NCBI GenBank assembly: GCA_043228905.1
Contig: JBHGNT010000020.1
Span: 372,001-436,000 of the forward strand
DNA: 64,000 nt
Direction: 5' to 3'
Source: Azolla caroliniana
Lineage: Eukaryota > Plantae > Polypodiophyta
Shown: in pieces, positions 23,701 through 38,543 of the stretch
Position numbering within the stretch: position 1 is the first letter of the stretch
Layout: each line of letters opens with the position of its first letter
Position numbers and translations under genes: made by a program
The notes under the pieces: model-generated
Told to the model about the DNA's origin: nothing
The model's database searches: none
The model's input: only the letters and a program-made list of their open reading frames with translations

Positions 23701-26700
23701 AGAAAGTTTTCCTTCCATGTAGATCATTCGGCACTCCTCTACCTAGTATCCAAAGCGTCACTTACCGGTAAGTTGGCCCGATGGACTTTGTTGTTGCAGG
23801 AGTTCGAATTCGAGATATTCCACCGACCCGGCATACAGCATGCGGTAGCAGATTATCTAAGCCGGTTAGATTTTGGCGAAACGGGGGATGGAGTACCAGA
23901 CGAGTTTCCGGATGTAGAGCTTTTTCGAGTCACCACGGAAACGGCAACAGATGAAACGGTGGCACAAGAAGATAAGTGGCTAACGAATATGCACCAATTT
24001 CTAAGCACCGGATTGCCTCCGGAGGAGATGAACCGGGACAAGAGGAAGTGCCTGGCGGTACAAAGCCGACACTTCTGTTTATTATAGGACACGCTATACC
24101 ACAAAGGTGCGGACAGTATATGGCGACGAGTGGTGCGCAACGATGAGAAAGGGGTAATACTACAGGAAGCACACTGCGGAGTCCCCGGCCTATGGTGGCC
24201 GACTACATTGAAAGACGCAGTCCGGTACGCGAAAGAGTGTGATCTATGCCAGCGAATGGGCCAACCAATGGAACAAGCTAGGATGCCGCACCAGCCAGTA
24301 CTACCGCTAGAACCATTTCAGAAATGGGGACTGGATTTTGTCGAACCATTTAAACCACCGGTAATGAGAACTAGCAACCGGTATGTGATCGTCGCGACGG
24401 ACTACTGCACTAAATGGGTGGAAGCCAAAGCTTTACGAGATAACACCGCGGCATCAACCGCAAAATTCTTATACGAATGCATTTGGTGCTGGTACGGATG
24501 CCCGATAGAGCTGATAAGTGACCAAGGAGGGCACTTTGTTGGACAGGTAGTGGAGAGCTTGACGTCATTCTATGCGGTAGTACATAAACGGAGCACCCCC
24601 TACTACCCACAAGCCAATGGGTTAGCGGAGTCAACAAACAAAACGCTACAGAATATTCTGCGCAAGATCGTCAATGAGAATAGGACGGATTGGGACACGA
24701 AGCTGCACAGTGCACTCTGGGCTTATTGGACAATGTACAAAACAAGCATCCGAACAACACCGTTCCGGTTGGCATTCGGATTAGAGGCAGTCATGCTGGT
24801 CGAATTCCAGGTACCGAGCTTACGGATTCAGATTCGGGAACGACTCAATGAAAAGGAATCGAAGGCAATTTGGTTAAGGGCTCTGTGTGAACTGGAAGAA
24901 CACCGACTGGCGAGCATTATGCACTTGGAATTGGAACAACGGAGACGGAAAGCGTTTGTAGATCGTCACCGGAAGGGAAACGAAAAGATGTTCGAAATCG
25001 GCAAGCCGGTACTAGTGTTCCAGACCCGGATGGGTAAAATGCCAGGCAAACAACGGTTTAGATGGACCGGACCTTACTGGATCACACGCGGGTTCAGTGG
25101 GTCTTACCAGTTAGGGACACTTGCCGACGAGGTGCTGGGTAAATGGGTCAACGGATTTAGACTAAAGCCATACAAAGGACCTATGCCAAAGAACCCATTT
25201 GAACAAAGATCCGACGCCGAATCGGACGCCGACAGGCCAACCACAACGGCAACCTGTGAGGAAAACGGCTACCACCAAGCCGGTAAGGAGGAGCACGAGC
25301 CGGAAACCGAGGAGAGCAAAGCGACGGCAAACCGTCAAGAGGCCGGCAAGGTGCGCGTTTCGGGTAAGGGTCCGACAGGACCGAAGGAAAATTAACCACA
25401 CAATTAACTTTACAAATAAATAAATAAATAAATAAAATCAAAGAAAGGGGCGAATCAAATAAATCATGGAAAGGAGTGGTGGAAACGGCCATGTAGACGA
25501 GGAGTAAAGAGTGACGGGAACTCAACGCTCCTTATGCGCAACGCTCGGCCACAACCAAGCTTAGAATCATACACAGAAAACGGAAAACAGAAGACACACG
25601 ACACAAAGGAGAGGAAAATGTACACAGGATGTTTAACGTGGAAAACCCCAAACTAGGGAAAAAACCACGGCAGCCCATAGGCTGCAAACTATCACTATGT
25701 TAGAATGTACAACAGTGAGTTCACGGAGGCAACGACCTCGTGCTCACGATCTTCGCCACAGGCGGCGGTTACAATAGAGGCAACGACCTCTTTCTCTCTC
25801 TCTCTCTCTCTGTACACAGTTACGCGCTCTCTCTCTCCTTGCACCAACAAGAATGACAACAACAATTAAAAGTTTGCCCTAAGTCATATTTCTACTAATA
25901 TGACTTTTCGGCTATTTACAAATATAGCCATGATGGACTCTCAGAAACATATTTACGAATACGTCTCTTCATCCGGTTCTCACCGGGTCTGCACCATCCG
26001 GCTCTCCGTAGCCGGGTACTCGTCATCCGGTTTCGACACTATTCTTCTCCCTTCCCATTCGAAGGGACCTGTATCCCAACAAACTCCCCCTTCACTCCGG
26101 CATGGGGTGTCTTACTAGTCCGATCCTCTTCCGGCATGCATCCAGCTTGTCGGGTATCAGCACTTTGGTCAGCATATCTGACCCGTTCTCGGCCGTGTGG
26201 ATCTTCGTTAGTGCGAACTCCTGGTCATCTATTCTTTCCCGGATCCAGTGATATCTTCGCTGGATATGCTTCGTCCGGGAATGGGAGGCCGCATTCTTAG
26301 CAAGATGGATGACACTTTGACTGTCGCAATAGAGCCGGTATTCATCTTGCCGGATACCGAGCTCTCCGATGAATACTTGCCGGCTTCCACAGCCGCCATG
26401 TACTCCGCTTCCGTGGTTGACAACGCAACCGTCTTTTGCAGCCTCGATTGCCACGAAACAGCTCCCCCTGCATATGTCATTACATACCCGGATGTAGATT
26501 GGCTGGTATGCACATTAACCGACATGTCCGAATCGGTAAAACCGTCAAGTTGAGGTTTTCCGGAGCCGAATCGGAGACACATATGCGAAGTGCCCTTCAA
26601 GTACTGGAGTATCCATTTGACTGCGTTCCAGTGCTCCTTGCTGGGATTGCTCATGAACCGGCTCACCACTCTGACTGCGTATCCTATATCCGGTCGGGTA

Positions 26701-29355
26701 CACACCATTGCGTACATTAGGCTCCCGACGGCTGAGGCATATGGAATCTTCATCATATCCGCCTTCTCGGCTTTCGTCTTCGGGCTTTGCTTACTGGATA
26801 ACCTGCAGTTTGCCGGAAGTGTCGATCCGACCGGTTTCGCATCTGACATGTTGAACCGGTGAAGCACCTTTGTCATGTACTTCTCCTGTGACCGCCACAA
26901 TTGCTTCACTGACCGGTTCCGGATAATATGCATCCCCAACATTTGTCTTGTCGGACCCAAGTCTTTCATTGAGAAGGTCCGGTTGAGAGCCTTCTTTAGC
27001 ATCCATATTTCGACTTGGTCCCGTTCGACGATCAACTTGTCATCCACGTACAGAAGGAGTATCAGGAAGTCGCCTCCTTCAAACTTCTCCACAAACACAC
27101 AGTGATCGGCCTGTGTCTTGTGGTACCCTTGATCGGTCATGAAGGAGTCGAACTTCCGGTACCATTGTCAGGGAGCCTGCTTCAGTCCGTACAGTTTCTT
27201 CTTCAACCGGCATACCAGGTGCTCCTTCCCTTTCTCCACAAATCCCTCCGATTGCTGCATGTAGATCTCCTCTTCGAGGTCACCGTGAAGGAATGCCGTC
27301 TTCACGTCCAGCTGCTCTACCTCGAGGTCCATGCTTGACGCTATACTCAGCACCGTCCGGATGGAGGTCATCTTTACTACCGGGGAAAATATCTTGTCAA
27401 AGTTCACGCCCTTTTTCTACTGGAACCCCTTCACCACAATCCTGGCTTTGTATCTCGGGGGGTTGCCGGCATCTCCCGGTTTCAATTTGTACACCCACTT
27501 ATTTCGGAGTGCCCGCTTTCCTTTTGGCAACTCCACCAATTCGTACGTATGGTTCTCATGCAGAGAATCCATCTCATCCTCCATGGCACTCAGCCATTTG
27601 CGGCTGTGGGTGTCATCCTTCGCTTCTTCGAAGCTTTCCGGCTCCCCCTCATCGGTCAACAGAACATGCTCTACATCCGGAAATCTCCGGGGCGCCCTTC
27701 TCTCTCTGAGAGGATAACTCCGTCTTTGGGCTTCGGTAACCAGCTCCTCCATTTGCTCTTCATCCGAATCCGATTCGGGGTCTTGGCCGGTTCCGGTTTC
27801 AGCTTCCTCTACTTCTTCTTCTGCCGGTTCGGTATCCTCACCGTAACCGGCTAGTTCCTCGAGTGCTAACCGGTCTCTTGCCGTTTGGGTCAACTCATCA
27901 TAGAATCTATCCTTACCGGTCGACTCATAGTTCATTAGCTTCTTCTCCGACTCCCAGTCGTCAAGCGTCGTGTCCTCCATGAAGATAATATCTCGACTCC
28001 GGAATACCTTCTTGTCGACCGGGTCCCACACTCGGTAGCCGAACTCATCGTCGCCGTAACCGAGGAATATGCATGGCCGGATCTTTGGATCTAACTTTCC
28101 TCTCCGGTCCTTAGCTACATGCACGTACGCGAGACACTCGAACACCTTCAGATGCCGGTAGGACACTTCCTTATTGCTCCAGACTCTTTGTGGCGTGTCT
28201 CCGTCCAAGGGTACTGAGGGTGATCTGTTTATCACATATGTCGCTGTCGACAGTGCCTCGGCCCAAAACTTCTTGGGTAGTTTTGCATGCGCTAGCATAC
28301 TCCGGACCCTCTCCATTATGGTCCGGTTCATCCTCTCGGCCAACCCATTTAGTTCCGGCGTCTTCGTCACGGTAAAATCAAGCCGGATTCCCTTCGAGCG
28401 GCAATACTCCTCGAACTGCCCCCGGTATTCTCCTCCGTTATCTACCCGAACCGCCTTAAGCTTCCGACCGGTTTCTCTTTCCACTCTCGCATGGAGCTCT
28501 TTGAAGACGGATAGCACCTGATCCTTCGTCTTCAACGGTGTGGCCCACAACTTCCGGCTGTGGTCATCTATGAAGGTCACGAAGTACTGCGCTCCGGCAT
28601 GTGACTTCGTGTCTACTTGACATACATCCGTATGCACCAACTCCAGTGGTGCATTACGTCTCATCGGTGGCCTTGGTCGGAAGGAGGTCCGATTTTGCTT
28701 ACCGGCCAGACAATCAGTGCACTTCTCCAAGTGCACGTTCTTCACTGGAATGAGGTTGTCGTCTGCAAGCCTCTTCATCCCCTTCTCGCTCATATGACAC
28801 AGCCTCTTGTGCCACAGCTCATAGACATTGTCGGATGCCACGTTCACTTCTTCCGGGCATAACCGGGCATTCATCAGGTACAACGTGTTTACCTTCCGGG
28901 CTTGAGCCACAATCAGGCTCCCTTTGCTGAACTTCATGACACCGTTCCGGATGCTACCTGTGTAGCCTTCATCATCTAGCCGACCGGCTGATATCAGGTT
29001 CAGACGAACCTCCGGAACATGTCGGACATCTTTCAGCAACAACTTGCATCCGGTTGGTGTTGTCAGCCACACATCTCCTATGCCGACAATTCGGCATGTA
29101 CCTTCATTCCCCATCCGTACACAGCCGTGATCACCGGCTGAGTAGGATGAGAAGCATTTCCTGTCCGGGGTAAGGTGGAACGACGCTCCGGAGTCTACCA
29201 CCTAGCTCATCTCGTCGCCGGCAAGGTTTATCTCACTCTCCTCGGTGATGAGCATCAACTCTTCTTCACTTGCCGCGATTGCCGTCGTCCCCTTCCGGTT
29301 CAGCCCCCTCCAGTCTTTACCGTTCTGGTCCGGTGTCCGCTTCGAATCGGTACGG

Positions 29356-32300
29356 TGTCGAGATATTACGCAAGTGCGTGTGGAATAGAGGCGGGACCGC
29401 GGGGGTCTCGAACCAAAGAGCAAGCGAGGGAGGAGAAAGAGAGAGAACCGGCTACGCAGGACCGGGGATACACAGGGACACGGCCCTTCAGCACGGAGAA
29501 CGCGAACAGACACCGACACAGACGGATGCGAATGACTAAATATGTGTATTAACAAAATGGCTAACACGACTACAACCCCCGATGGGGCACAGGTTGGTTG
29601 CAACCGAACAGGCCGGCGAACAGATGCCGATGCCTGTTCGCTTCGACGCACAAACGGGGAAATGGGGGGGGGGTAGCAGGTCGGAGGTGCTGCCGGAAGC
29701 ACTCGGGCGTTCCTCGAAACAGCGCGAGCCTCCCCGGAACCCTGCACAGAAAGCTTTGGAGCTCAAGAAGGAAGGAAACAGAGAGAGCGAAGCGTCCAGA
29801 AACGGTCCGACAGCACTTCGTCCTCTCCGCGCCAGATCCCTGCAACAGCTCTTTCCCGCTCCTTATATAGGCCGACGAACAGGCCGTCGTGTCAGCTTTA
29901 TTCCCTGTCCCTTTTGGACAGGGATCCGCTCCGTTTTTCACGGATCCGCGTAGTTACGCCGCCGACTCGTACAGTTCGCGCGCGCGACCGAAAAGACTGT
30001 TCGCGCGGTCTTTGTCTCCACTTGAGTTAGGGCCCGTTCCTGCCGATTATCCTCTCAATTCGTTTCTATGTACAACTCGGAGCGTGCGCGCGTGAAGAAC
30101 CGGTTCCCACGCCTTGGTGCGCCGATTCCGCCTATGGACGGTTTTCTTCACGACATCCGCCCCCACCTAACCGCGCATCCTCCGGTATGCGCCAAGAGAG
30201 TTGGGACGGAGAAAACCGGCCCGTCTTCATTCCTCGCCCGTCGGTTCTTCTTCATTTTCGGATCGTTCGTCACTGCCGACCAGGAGAGCCGGGTCTGGCT
30301 CGTCGTCGTGTCGCTTCTTGAACGCTTTGATCCGCTTCCCTGCAACCGGTATCGCCATTCTCGTGCCGTCAAGTTCCGCCAGGTGATATGTCCCGTTGTC
30401 ATTGGCGCTCCGTACCACGTAAGGCCCGAACCACCTTCGTGCGAACTTCCGTGTGGCTCGGTGCTGGTTGTCGAGGCTGCTGTCGTAGACGAGCACCCAG
30501 TCACCTTCTTCGATTTTCTTCGGTCGTAGCCGGTGCGTTCGGTCGAACCGGGCTTTGTTCTTTGTCCTCGCCACCCGGAGCTTCTCCGTAGCCAGTGCCA
30601 CGTCCTCCGGCCTCCGCTCGAGCTGTCGTATACGTGCGACCAACAACTCCTCCCGGCTCATCCCGTCCCTCCAGTCGACCGTTGCCCACGAGGAGATCGT
30701 CCGTTCAATCGGCATGATCGGCTTCTGGCCGAACATGAGCTCCGTCGGCATGTACCCGGTTACCGAACTGTGCGTGGTCCGGTCTGCCCACAAAGCATAA
30801 GGTAGCAGCCGCGGCCAGTTACCGACTTGGCCTCCGCATGCCCGAATCAACGCCTTGACGATCGGTCCGTGTCCGCGCTCCACCTTTCCATTCGCCTCCG
30901 GATTGTACGCAGTGGTGAGCGAGAGCTTGACTCCAAGCCGGTCGAACAGCTCCGCGGCCTCTTCGGCGTCCAACTCCCCTCGGTCAGCCACGATCTTCCC
31001 GACGCACCCGTACCGGCATATCACGTCCTCGACTAGGAACCGACACACGGCCGCGGTCGTCTTGTTCTGAAGGGCTCGGCCTTCCACCTGGTTCGTCAGG
31101 TCTTCCCGCGCTAGGACCAGATACCGCATCTGTCCTACCCCCATCGGCATCGTCACCAGATCTACCATCCATTTGAAGTGGATAGTCGGAGGGTACGTAG
31201 GGTGAAGCCCGTCCCGGTGTCGGACTATCGAGTGCATCTGACAACTCTCGCAAGTTGACACGAACCGATGCACGTCCCGGTACAATCCCGGCCACCAGTA
31301 CTTTCCCTTCAGCTTCTCAAACGTCGCCCACGTTCCACGGTGTCCAGCCCAAGGGCTGTCGTGGTAGGCCGCCAGTAGCTCCTCCTGTTCTTCCTTCATC
31401 GCCACCACTCGGAGCGGGACGCCGTCCCTCTTCTTCGGGTGCTTCCATAGATGCCCATCTCGGAGAAAGAATCGATATGCTTTCTTCCGGATCCGGTTGG
31501 CCTCGTCCTTCGTCCATGACGCATCGGGCGTCATCGTCTTCAAAAACCCGCCGATCTGCAGCCATTCCCCGTCGTACTTGCTCGCGTCGAACTCGTTAAG
31601 CGCCGGAGTGCTCATCCCGTCGGTCGTTATGTATGCCGCCTCGAAGAAATCCACGCCGACTTCTTCGTCTTCCGAAACCATGCCGCCCTCGTCGTCGAAC
31701 CTCGCCCTCGAAAGCATGTCGGCCATGGCGTTGTCTTTCCCGGAAATGTGTCGTATTTCCGGGTCCAGGGACTTGATGTACGCTATCCACCTGAGCATCG
31801 CCAGGTCCGGAGTCGCGCATCCGGAAACCATACCGAGAATCGGCAGGCAATCCGTCTCGATGATCACTTCCGTCCCTATCAGGTAGTCTTTGTCGGCCTT
31901 AACCGCCGAAACAATACCCCAGAGTTCGCGTTTAACCTGGGCGTACCCTCGCTGCCGTTCACTGAGGACTTTCGCGCCGAATCGGATCGGAAACCGATTG
32001 CCGTCCTCGTCTTTCTGGTTCACGACCCATCCGATCCCGGTCGGACTGGTATCCACCGTTATGAATACCGGGGTACCCTTCCCGTAAACCGCCTTCCGGA
32101 GTGCCGGTGCCGCTGCAAGGGCCTCTTTCAGCTTCCGGACCGATTCCGCGTGCTTGTCTAGCCATTCGAACCTTCGCCCCTTTTTCAGCAACCCGTACAG
32201 TGGCTCCGCGACGTGTGCGTAATGCGGGATCCATATGTGGTAGAACGCGCATGCCCCCAGGAATCTCCGTACTTCCGTGACCGAGCTGCAGTCGGGCTTC

Positions 32301-35300
32301 ATCGCGGAGATGGCTTCTACCTTCGCCGGAGACGGTTTCCGGCCATATGGTCCTCACAGGTGTCCGACCACCATGATTTCTGACTGCCCGAAGGCCGACT
32401 TCTCCCCGGAGAAGGTGAGTCTCGCATCCTCTAGCCTTTGCAGCACCTTCTCGCAGTCGTCGACGTGCGTCGCCACAAATCGCCGGCATCCGTCCGGCCC
32501 GATCGTCTCGTCCTTTTCTTCCACCGGGCATCCCTTGATCGGGATGTCGTCCAGAAACGGCATGGTAATGTCCGGGACACAGTCCCTCAGAACCTTGTTC
32601 ATCGCATTCACCATGTGGGCCACCGAGTTGGTCCCTCCTTGCGGCAGTGTACACATCCGAACTAGGCCGAGGGGAGTTCGCATCGTCGTAAGGTCTCTGC
32701 TCTCCACGGCCAGCTGGAACTGGTCGTACCCTGAGTATAGATCCCCGACCGAGTAAATTGACCTTCCGGCGAAGGCCTCCGCGAACTCGTCTATGGTCGG
32801 TCCGATTCCTGCGTTCCGAATGGTCACTCGATTGACCGGCTGCAGGTCCTGGATGAAGCGCAGCGAACCGTTTTTCTTCGGTACGGTAAACCATCGATTC
32901 GAATATGGGGCGCTCGACGGCTCGAGAATTCCCATATCAACTTTCTGCCTCAGTAGCTCCATCAACTTCGGGATGTGAGCTCTCGGAACCGGGATTGGCT
33001 TGAGATTCCATGGTACATGCGGTACCGTGAATATCACCATCGGCTCCACGATCGTCGGGTCAACGCACCCGATTTCCTCCGGCGAGAATGCGAAGGCTTT
33101 CCCGTGCCTTCCGAGCATTCTCCGAAACCGGTCTTCCTCCGCCGGCAGTAGGAACCCGCCCCCACCGATTTTGAGCTCTCGGAGCGTCTCGTCAGTGAAG
33201 GTGTGCCCTATGCAGGCCGGATCTCGTAGACTAGGGTCTGATGCAACCCCTTTGATTCTCGACGCGCTGTCCTCCGGTAAGGGTGCCGCTACTGGCCTTA
33301 CCTTCCGGTCCACAGTCTTGTACTTGGTGTTTACGTGGGCCGTCCGAACTGACTCGAGCCCTCGACCGAAGTCCGCGATGACTTCGTACATCTCCTCGGA
33401 ACACACCGGTATCGTCCGGTCGTCGTTAAGGCCTTCTTCGACTACCTTTCTCAGCATTCCCAAGGTGTCGTCGAATGAGACCGCCTCCACGGCTCCGTTG
33501 ATTTCCTCGTCCGGGCCGAGAACTCCGCACGCTCGAAGTCTCGCCTCCGTCTTTGTTTTCTCTCGGCCGGCGATGCCGACCATCGCACACGCTCCGTTGT
33601 CGGAGAACAAAAATTCCCTACCTATGGTACAAGGTTTCTTCGGTTTTATCGTACAGGTGTGGGGTTTTCCCGGGGTGTCCGGACTGTCGCGGCCCCACGC
33701 CTTGGCAGCCCTCTCTAAAAATCCTCTCGGTTATCGGAACCGAGGGAGTCGCGGTTACGCTCGTGGTTCGGCCTAACCGTCAAAAACTGGACCGAATGGC
33801 GGCCGTCCTGGCTCTTGACCCGCGCATAGGCCGAACCATTGTCCAGCACCTTGGTCTCCATTCGCGCCGCCGTGATGTACGGCTCTCCCAGTATGACCGG
33901 ATGCGAAGACGTCTCCTGCACGAAGAAGTGCTGGTCAATCTCGACGTCGCCGATCTTGACTCGCACATTCGGACAGGCCCCGTGCAGTTCCTCGGTGGCG
34001 CGCGTTGCTGCCCTTATTTTCCACCCGTGCTTGGTGTTGATCGGCCATTTGCCCTTCTTATAGAAGTCCATGGACATCAAATTGATCTCCGATCCGTGGT
34101 CCACCAAAGCTATCACCGGTTCCTGGACATCGCCGATCTTCACCGGGGTTTCCGTGGTCGCTCGGGCCCAGTGCGGTCTCGAATAGTGGCTTTCCGCCCA
34201 CTCGTCTCCCAGCGCCATGTCGTCTAGGTGCGTCGTCCGCACTTCCACCGGTCTTTCCGGTTCTGTCTCCGTTGACAGCCTCTTCCGTTTCACCAAGTCC
34301 ACGATGGAGTCGTGGAACTCCTTCTTGGCGATTCCAAGCACCTCCCGTAGCGACAGCTCCACCTTGCTGTCGAGGATCCGTTCCTCCAGGACCTTTCGTA
34401 AGTCCGTGGTTCTTTCTATCTCCGTCCCCAGACGGTACCCGCCCTTCTGGGGTTTATCTTGCGTACCGGCCCTGCCGGCTTCGTCCCGTCGTGGCCCGGA
34501 CCGGGTCTCGTATCGTTGTGAGGGCCCGGTCGTCCCGGGTTTTCCCACCCGCTTCTCTTCTACCAGAGCCTCGTAGTTCCGGCAAGCGGCTTCCACGAAG
34601 CCCGTCCTTTCCTCGACCGGGTCGCTCCACCCGGTCATCTCCCGTACCCGTTTCTTCGCACGGTCCGATTCCTCCCTTTTAAGCCCTGCACCGGCAAGGC
34701 CTTCCAGCATCGTCGGCCAGAATCCGGCTTTGCTTTCCTTTCGGGCCTCGCCGCCCCCGACTCGAATGCCGGCCGACGCCGAGTAGTGGACGGTTTCCGC
34801 GTGTCGGGCCGCCGCCTCTTCCATCAACCTTTTCATACCACCCTTTCCGTCGTTTCGGCTCAGGGCCCTTCGGGTGTCGCTGGCATGCACCCGTCCTTCC
34901 CACAGGTACACCACCCGGTCCCTCAGCGCCTCCGCGAAGTCGCCGCAGTCCTTCCGAACGTGGCCGACTTCATCGCACCACATGCACCTGTTTCCTGCCG
35001 CCGGCCGTCGGTCACGAGCCGGTTCGCCTCCTTCCCTTCGGGCCTGCGCGATTTGGAGGTCCTTTATCGCCTTCGTCAATTCCTCCAGCGCCGCTCCTCC
35101 GGTTGAGCCTCTGACTACGCCGGTCGAAGCCGAACCGGTTTCCAACCACTCCCGGGTCTCTTCCTTGCGCACCTGTGGCGCTGGTTCGAGCTTCCTTGCT
35201 GCGACCGAGCCCGACCCAGTCGCCCCGTTATCCGCCCATTCTCACCGTTTGTCGAAACGGCCACAGACCTTCCTGACAGCCGCCCAGTCGGTAGTGAGCC

Positions 35301-36686
35301 CGTCTTCGGTTTCCAGCAAGAGGCCCACTTGCTCCCGATCCCGCTCGTCGACCGACTTGACAAACAGCAAGACCCGGCTCGTGTCCAGGATGGTTCGGTC
35401 GAGCGCCGAAAGGCGCGCAAAGTTTTCCTCGAACTCCCGGAGGAGTGCCGACGCGTTTCTTCCCTTCCCCGGGGACTCCACCCATTCCATGAACCTTCGC
35501 TTCGAAAGCCGGAGCGCGTCGTCCAGCCCGTATTTCTCTAGGAGCCGACCTTCGAACTCCTCCCAGGTACGGCTCTCCGCCCGCACCTCGAGCACCTCCG
35601 CATGGATGCTCGGCATTGCCACTCGGGGAAAACCGGCAAGACGCCTTTCTTCCGGAATGTCCCGCATCAACATTTCTGCACCGTAGGACGCCAGATACTT
35701 CGTGGCATCCCTCCCATCGAACCGGCCGATCGTGCCGACGACCGCCTCAATAGCTCTGTCGAGGGCACCGGTACCCTCGCGCGCGTTTACGATCCGATCC
35801 ACGGCCGAAGCCATGGCCTCTGCGAGATCCGACCCCCTCATCTTCTGCTCTTCTGCCGCCTCTTTCACGTCGGGTTCACCAAAGATGTCGAGATATTACG
35901 CAAGTGCGTGTGGAATAGAGGCGGGACCGCGGGGGTCTCGAACCAAAGAGCAAGCGAGGGAGGAGAAAGAGAGAGAACCGGCTACGCAGGACCGGGGATA
36001 CACAGGGACACGGCCCTTCAGCACGGAGAACGCGAACAGACACCGACACAGACGGATGCGAATGACTAAATATGTGTATTAACAAAATGGCTAACACGAC
36101 TACAACCCCCGATGGGGCACAGGTTGGTTGCAACCGAACAGGCCGGCGAACAGATGCCGATGCCTGTTCGCTTCGACGCACAAACGGGGAAATGGGGGGG
36201 GGGGTAGCAGGTCGGAGGTGCTGCCGGAAGCACTCGGGCGTTCCTCGAAACAGCGCGAGCCTCCCCGGAACCCTGCACAGAAAGCTTTGGAGCTCAAGAA
36301 GGAAGGAAACAGAGAGAGCGAAGCGTCCAGAAACGGTCCGACAGCACTTCGTCCTCTCCGCGCCAGATCCCTGCAACAGCTCTTTCCCGCTCCTTATATA
36401 GGCCGACGAACAGGCCGTCGTGTCAGCTTTATTCCCTGTCCCTTTTGGACAGGGATCCGCTCCGTTTTTCACGGATCCGCGTAGTTACGCCGCCGACTCG
36501 TACAGTTCGCGCGCGCGACCGAAAAGACTGTTCGCGCGGTCTTTGTCTCCACTTGAGTTAGGGCCCGTTCCTGCCGATTATCCTCTCAATTCGTTTCTAT
36601 GTACAACTCGGAGCGTGCGCGCGTGAAGAACCGGTTCCCACGCCTTGGTGCGCCGATTCCGCCTATGGACGGTTTTCTTCACGACA
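29356..36686 (-). mobile_element. Gypsy D copy 1: very young GC-rich Ty3/Gypsy (Phygy/Selgy/Ylt1-like by inference)
   Basis: LTRs 29356-30155 and 35886-36686 appear to differ only in a G run. TSD acgg, PBS-Trp 35864-35881, PPT 30156-30167. gag-PR (35868-33715) has a CGA>TGA stop at 35242; pol (33724-30227) has a TGA at 32354. Confidence 0.95.
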
Positions 36687-37759
36687 ACGGTCGGTTTCCT
36701 TGTCTTTTCGAAAATGCTGATAGTTGTTTTGGAAGTGTCCCGGCTTGCCGCAATAGAAGCAAGTAGGCCTCCCCCTTGACTTTGACCGTGTCCCCGACTT
36801 CTCCCGGTTCTGGGGAGTACGGTTTCTATGTCTTCTGTGTTCCGATTCGGAAAGGAGCGCTTTGGAGTCAAAGCTCATATCTTTATCTTTTCGATGCGCC
36901 TCCTCATCTAGCAAGCTCGACTTTACTCTTGCTAGGGATAACCGCTTTCCCTTCCGGCCCGGCGTTGCCCAAAGTGACAACCAACGTCTCCCAGCTATCC
37001 GGGAGGGAACCGAGCAGGAGTAGTGCTAGTACCGCATCGGTGAGAGGTACTTCCAATGAAGTTGCCTGGTGGATCAGCCCCTGGAAGGCAATCATGTGCT
37101 CCGCCATGCTGGAGCCATCTTGGTACCGGAGTCTTACTAGCTTCCGGAATACCGAAACCTGATTAACAGCATTTTTGTTTTGAAACATAATGCCGATCTT
37201 CTCCCAGAGCTCATGAGCCTTGCTCTCTTCATTGAAGTTGTTGTATAGGCTCATGTCGATGAAGCACTGTATGTACGCCGTTGTCTTCATGTGCATCACC
37301 TCCCATATTGTGGCGTCTATCTTGTCCGATCTCTTGTCCCCGAATTGAACCGGTAACCAAAGATCTTTAACCACGAGCATGTCCCTCATCTTCGACTTCC
37401 ACACTGAATAGTTGGAGCCGGTGAGGTTGAACATACCGCCAAACGATTCGTCCATTTTCTGTGTCGTTTCGCTCTGATATCACTTGACGGGAACTCAACG
37501 CTCCTTATGTGCAACGCTCGGCCACAACCAAGCTTAGAATCATATACAGAAAACGGAAAACAGAAGACACACGACACAAAGGAGAGGAAAATGTACACAA
37601 GATGTTTAACGTGGAAAACCCCAAACTAGGGAAAAAACCACAGCAGCCATAGGCTGCAAACTATCACTATGTTAGAATGTACAACAGTGAGTTAACGGAG
37701 GCAACGACCTCGTGCTCACAATCTTCGCCACAGGCGGCGGTTACAGTAGAGGCAACTGC

Positions 37760-37804
<45 letters not shown>

Positions 37805-37958
37805 CACAGTTACGCGCTCTCTCTCTCCTTGCACCAACAAGAATGACAACAACAGTTAAAAGTTTGCCCTAAGTCATATTTATACTAATATGACTTTTCG
37901 GCTATTTACAAATATAGCCATGATGGACTCTCAGAAACATATTTACGAATATGTCTCT

Positions 37959-38174
37959 TCATCCGGTTCTCACTGGGTCTGCACTATCCGGCTCTCCGTA
38001 GCCGGGTACTCCTCATCCGGTTCTCACCGCGTCTGCACCATCCGGCTCTCCGTAACCGAGTACTCCTCATCCGGTTCTCACCGGGTCTGCACCATCCGGC
38101 TCTCCGTAACCGGGTACTCCTCATCCGGTTCTCACCGGGTCTGCACCATCCGGCTCTCCGTAGCCGGGTACTCC
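37959..38174. repeat. Four 54-bp tandem repeats in U3 of the Copia C 5' LTR (one copy in the 3' LTR)
   Basis: Unit tcatccggttctcaccgggtctgcaccatccggctctccgtagccgggtactcc. Together with the longer CT tract it accounts for the 179-bp LTR length difference. Confidence 0.92.
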
Positions 38175-38543
38175 TCATCCGGTTTCGGCACTGTTCTTCT
38201 CCCTTCCCATCCGGAGGGACCTGTATCCCAACAAAGAGGCATGTCGAAAAGGTACGAGGGGCTATGAATAGGACATTAAACCACCGCCACATGGCATGCA
38301 ATGCTATTATAGTACACGACCTGCACATGCGGAGGCTCGAAAAAGGCGCCAAGATGCAGAGAGAAAAACCCCCACGCATCGAGACCTTCTCCTATCGCGA
38401 ACCAAGGAGAAAAGACGCAGACAGACGCGTTTAAGATCAATCGCAGACAGCTTGCACACAGAGAACCCCCTCACTCAGAACTTTCTCTCTCACACTCTCC
38501 CCACCACCAAACCTCGCCAACGCTCTCCGACCTCGACGCAGAG

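Larger units (their letters stand above)
25512..38233 (-). mobile_element. Copia C: Tnt1/Tork-like LTR retrotransposon
   Basis: LTRs 25512-26081 and 37485-38233 (TG..CA); exact TSD aagag; PBS tgatatcagagc (Met, 1 mismatch) at 37471-37482; PPT at 26082-26094. Tnt1-like motifs VVDSGASFH, LWHKRLCHMSEKG, KTKDQV, LYVDD and ALSTTEAEY; several stops. Split in gag by Gypsy D1. Confidence 0.93.

Noticed and set aside
37959-38174. CRISPR-like array (also 57424-57641 and 60338-60962)
   Set aside because: These are head-to-tail repeats without unique spacers; there are no cas genes and the context is eukaryotic.
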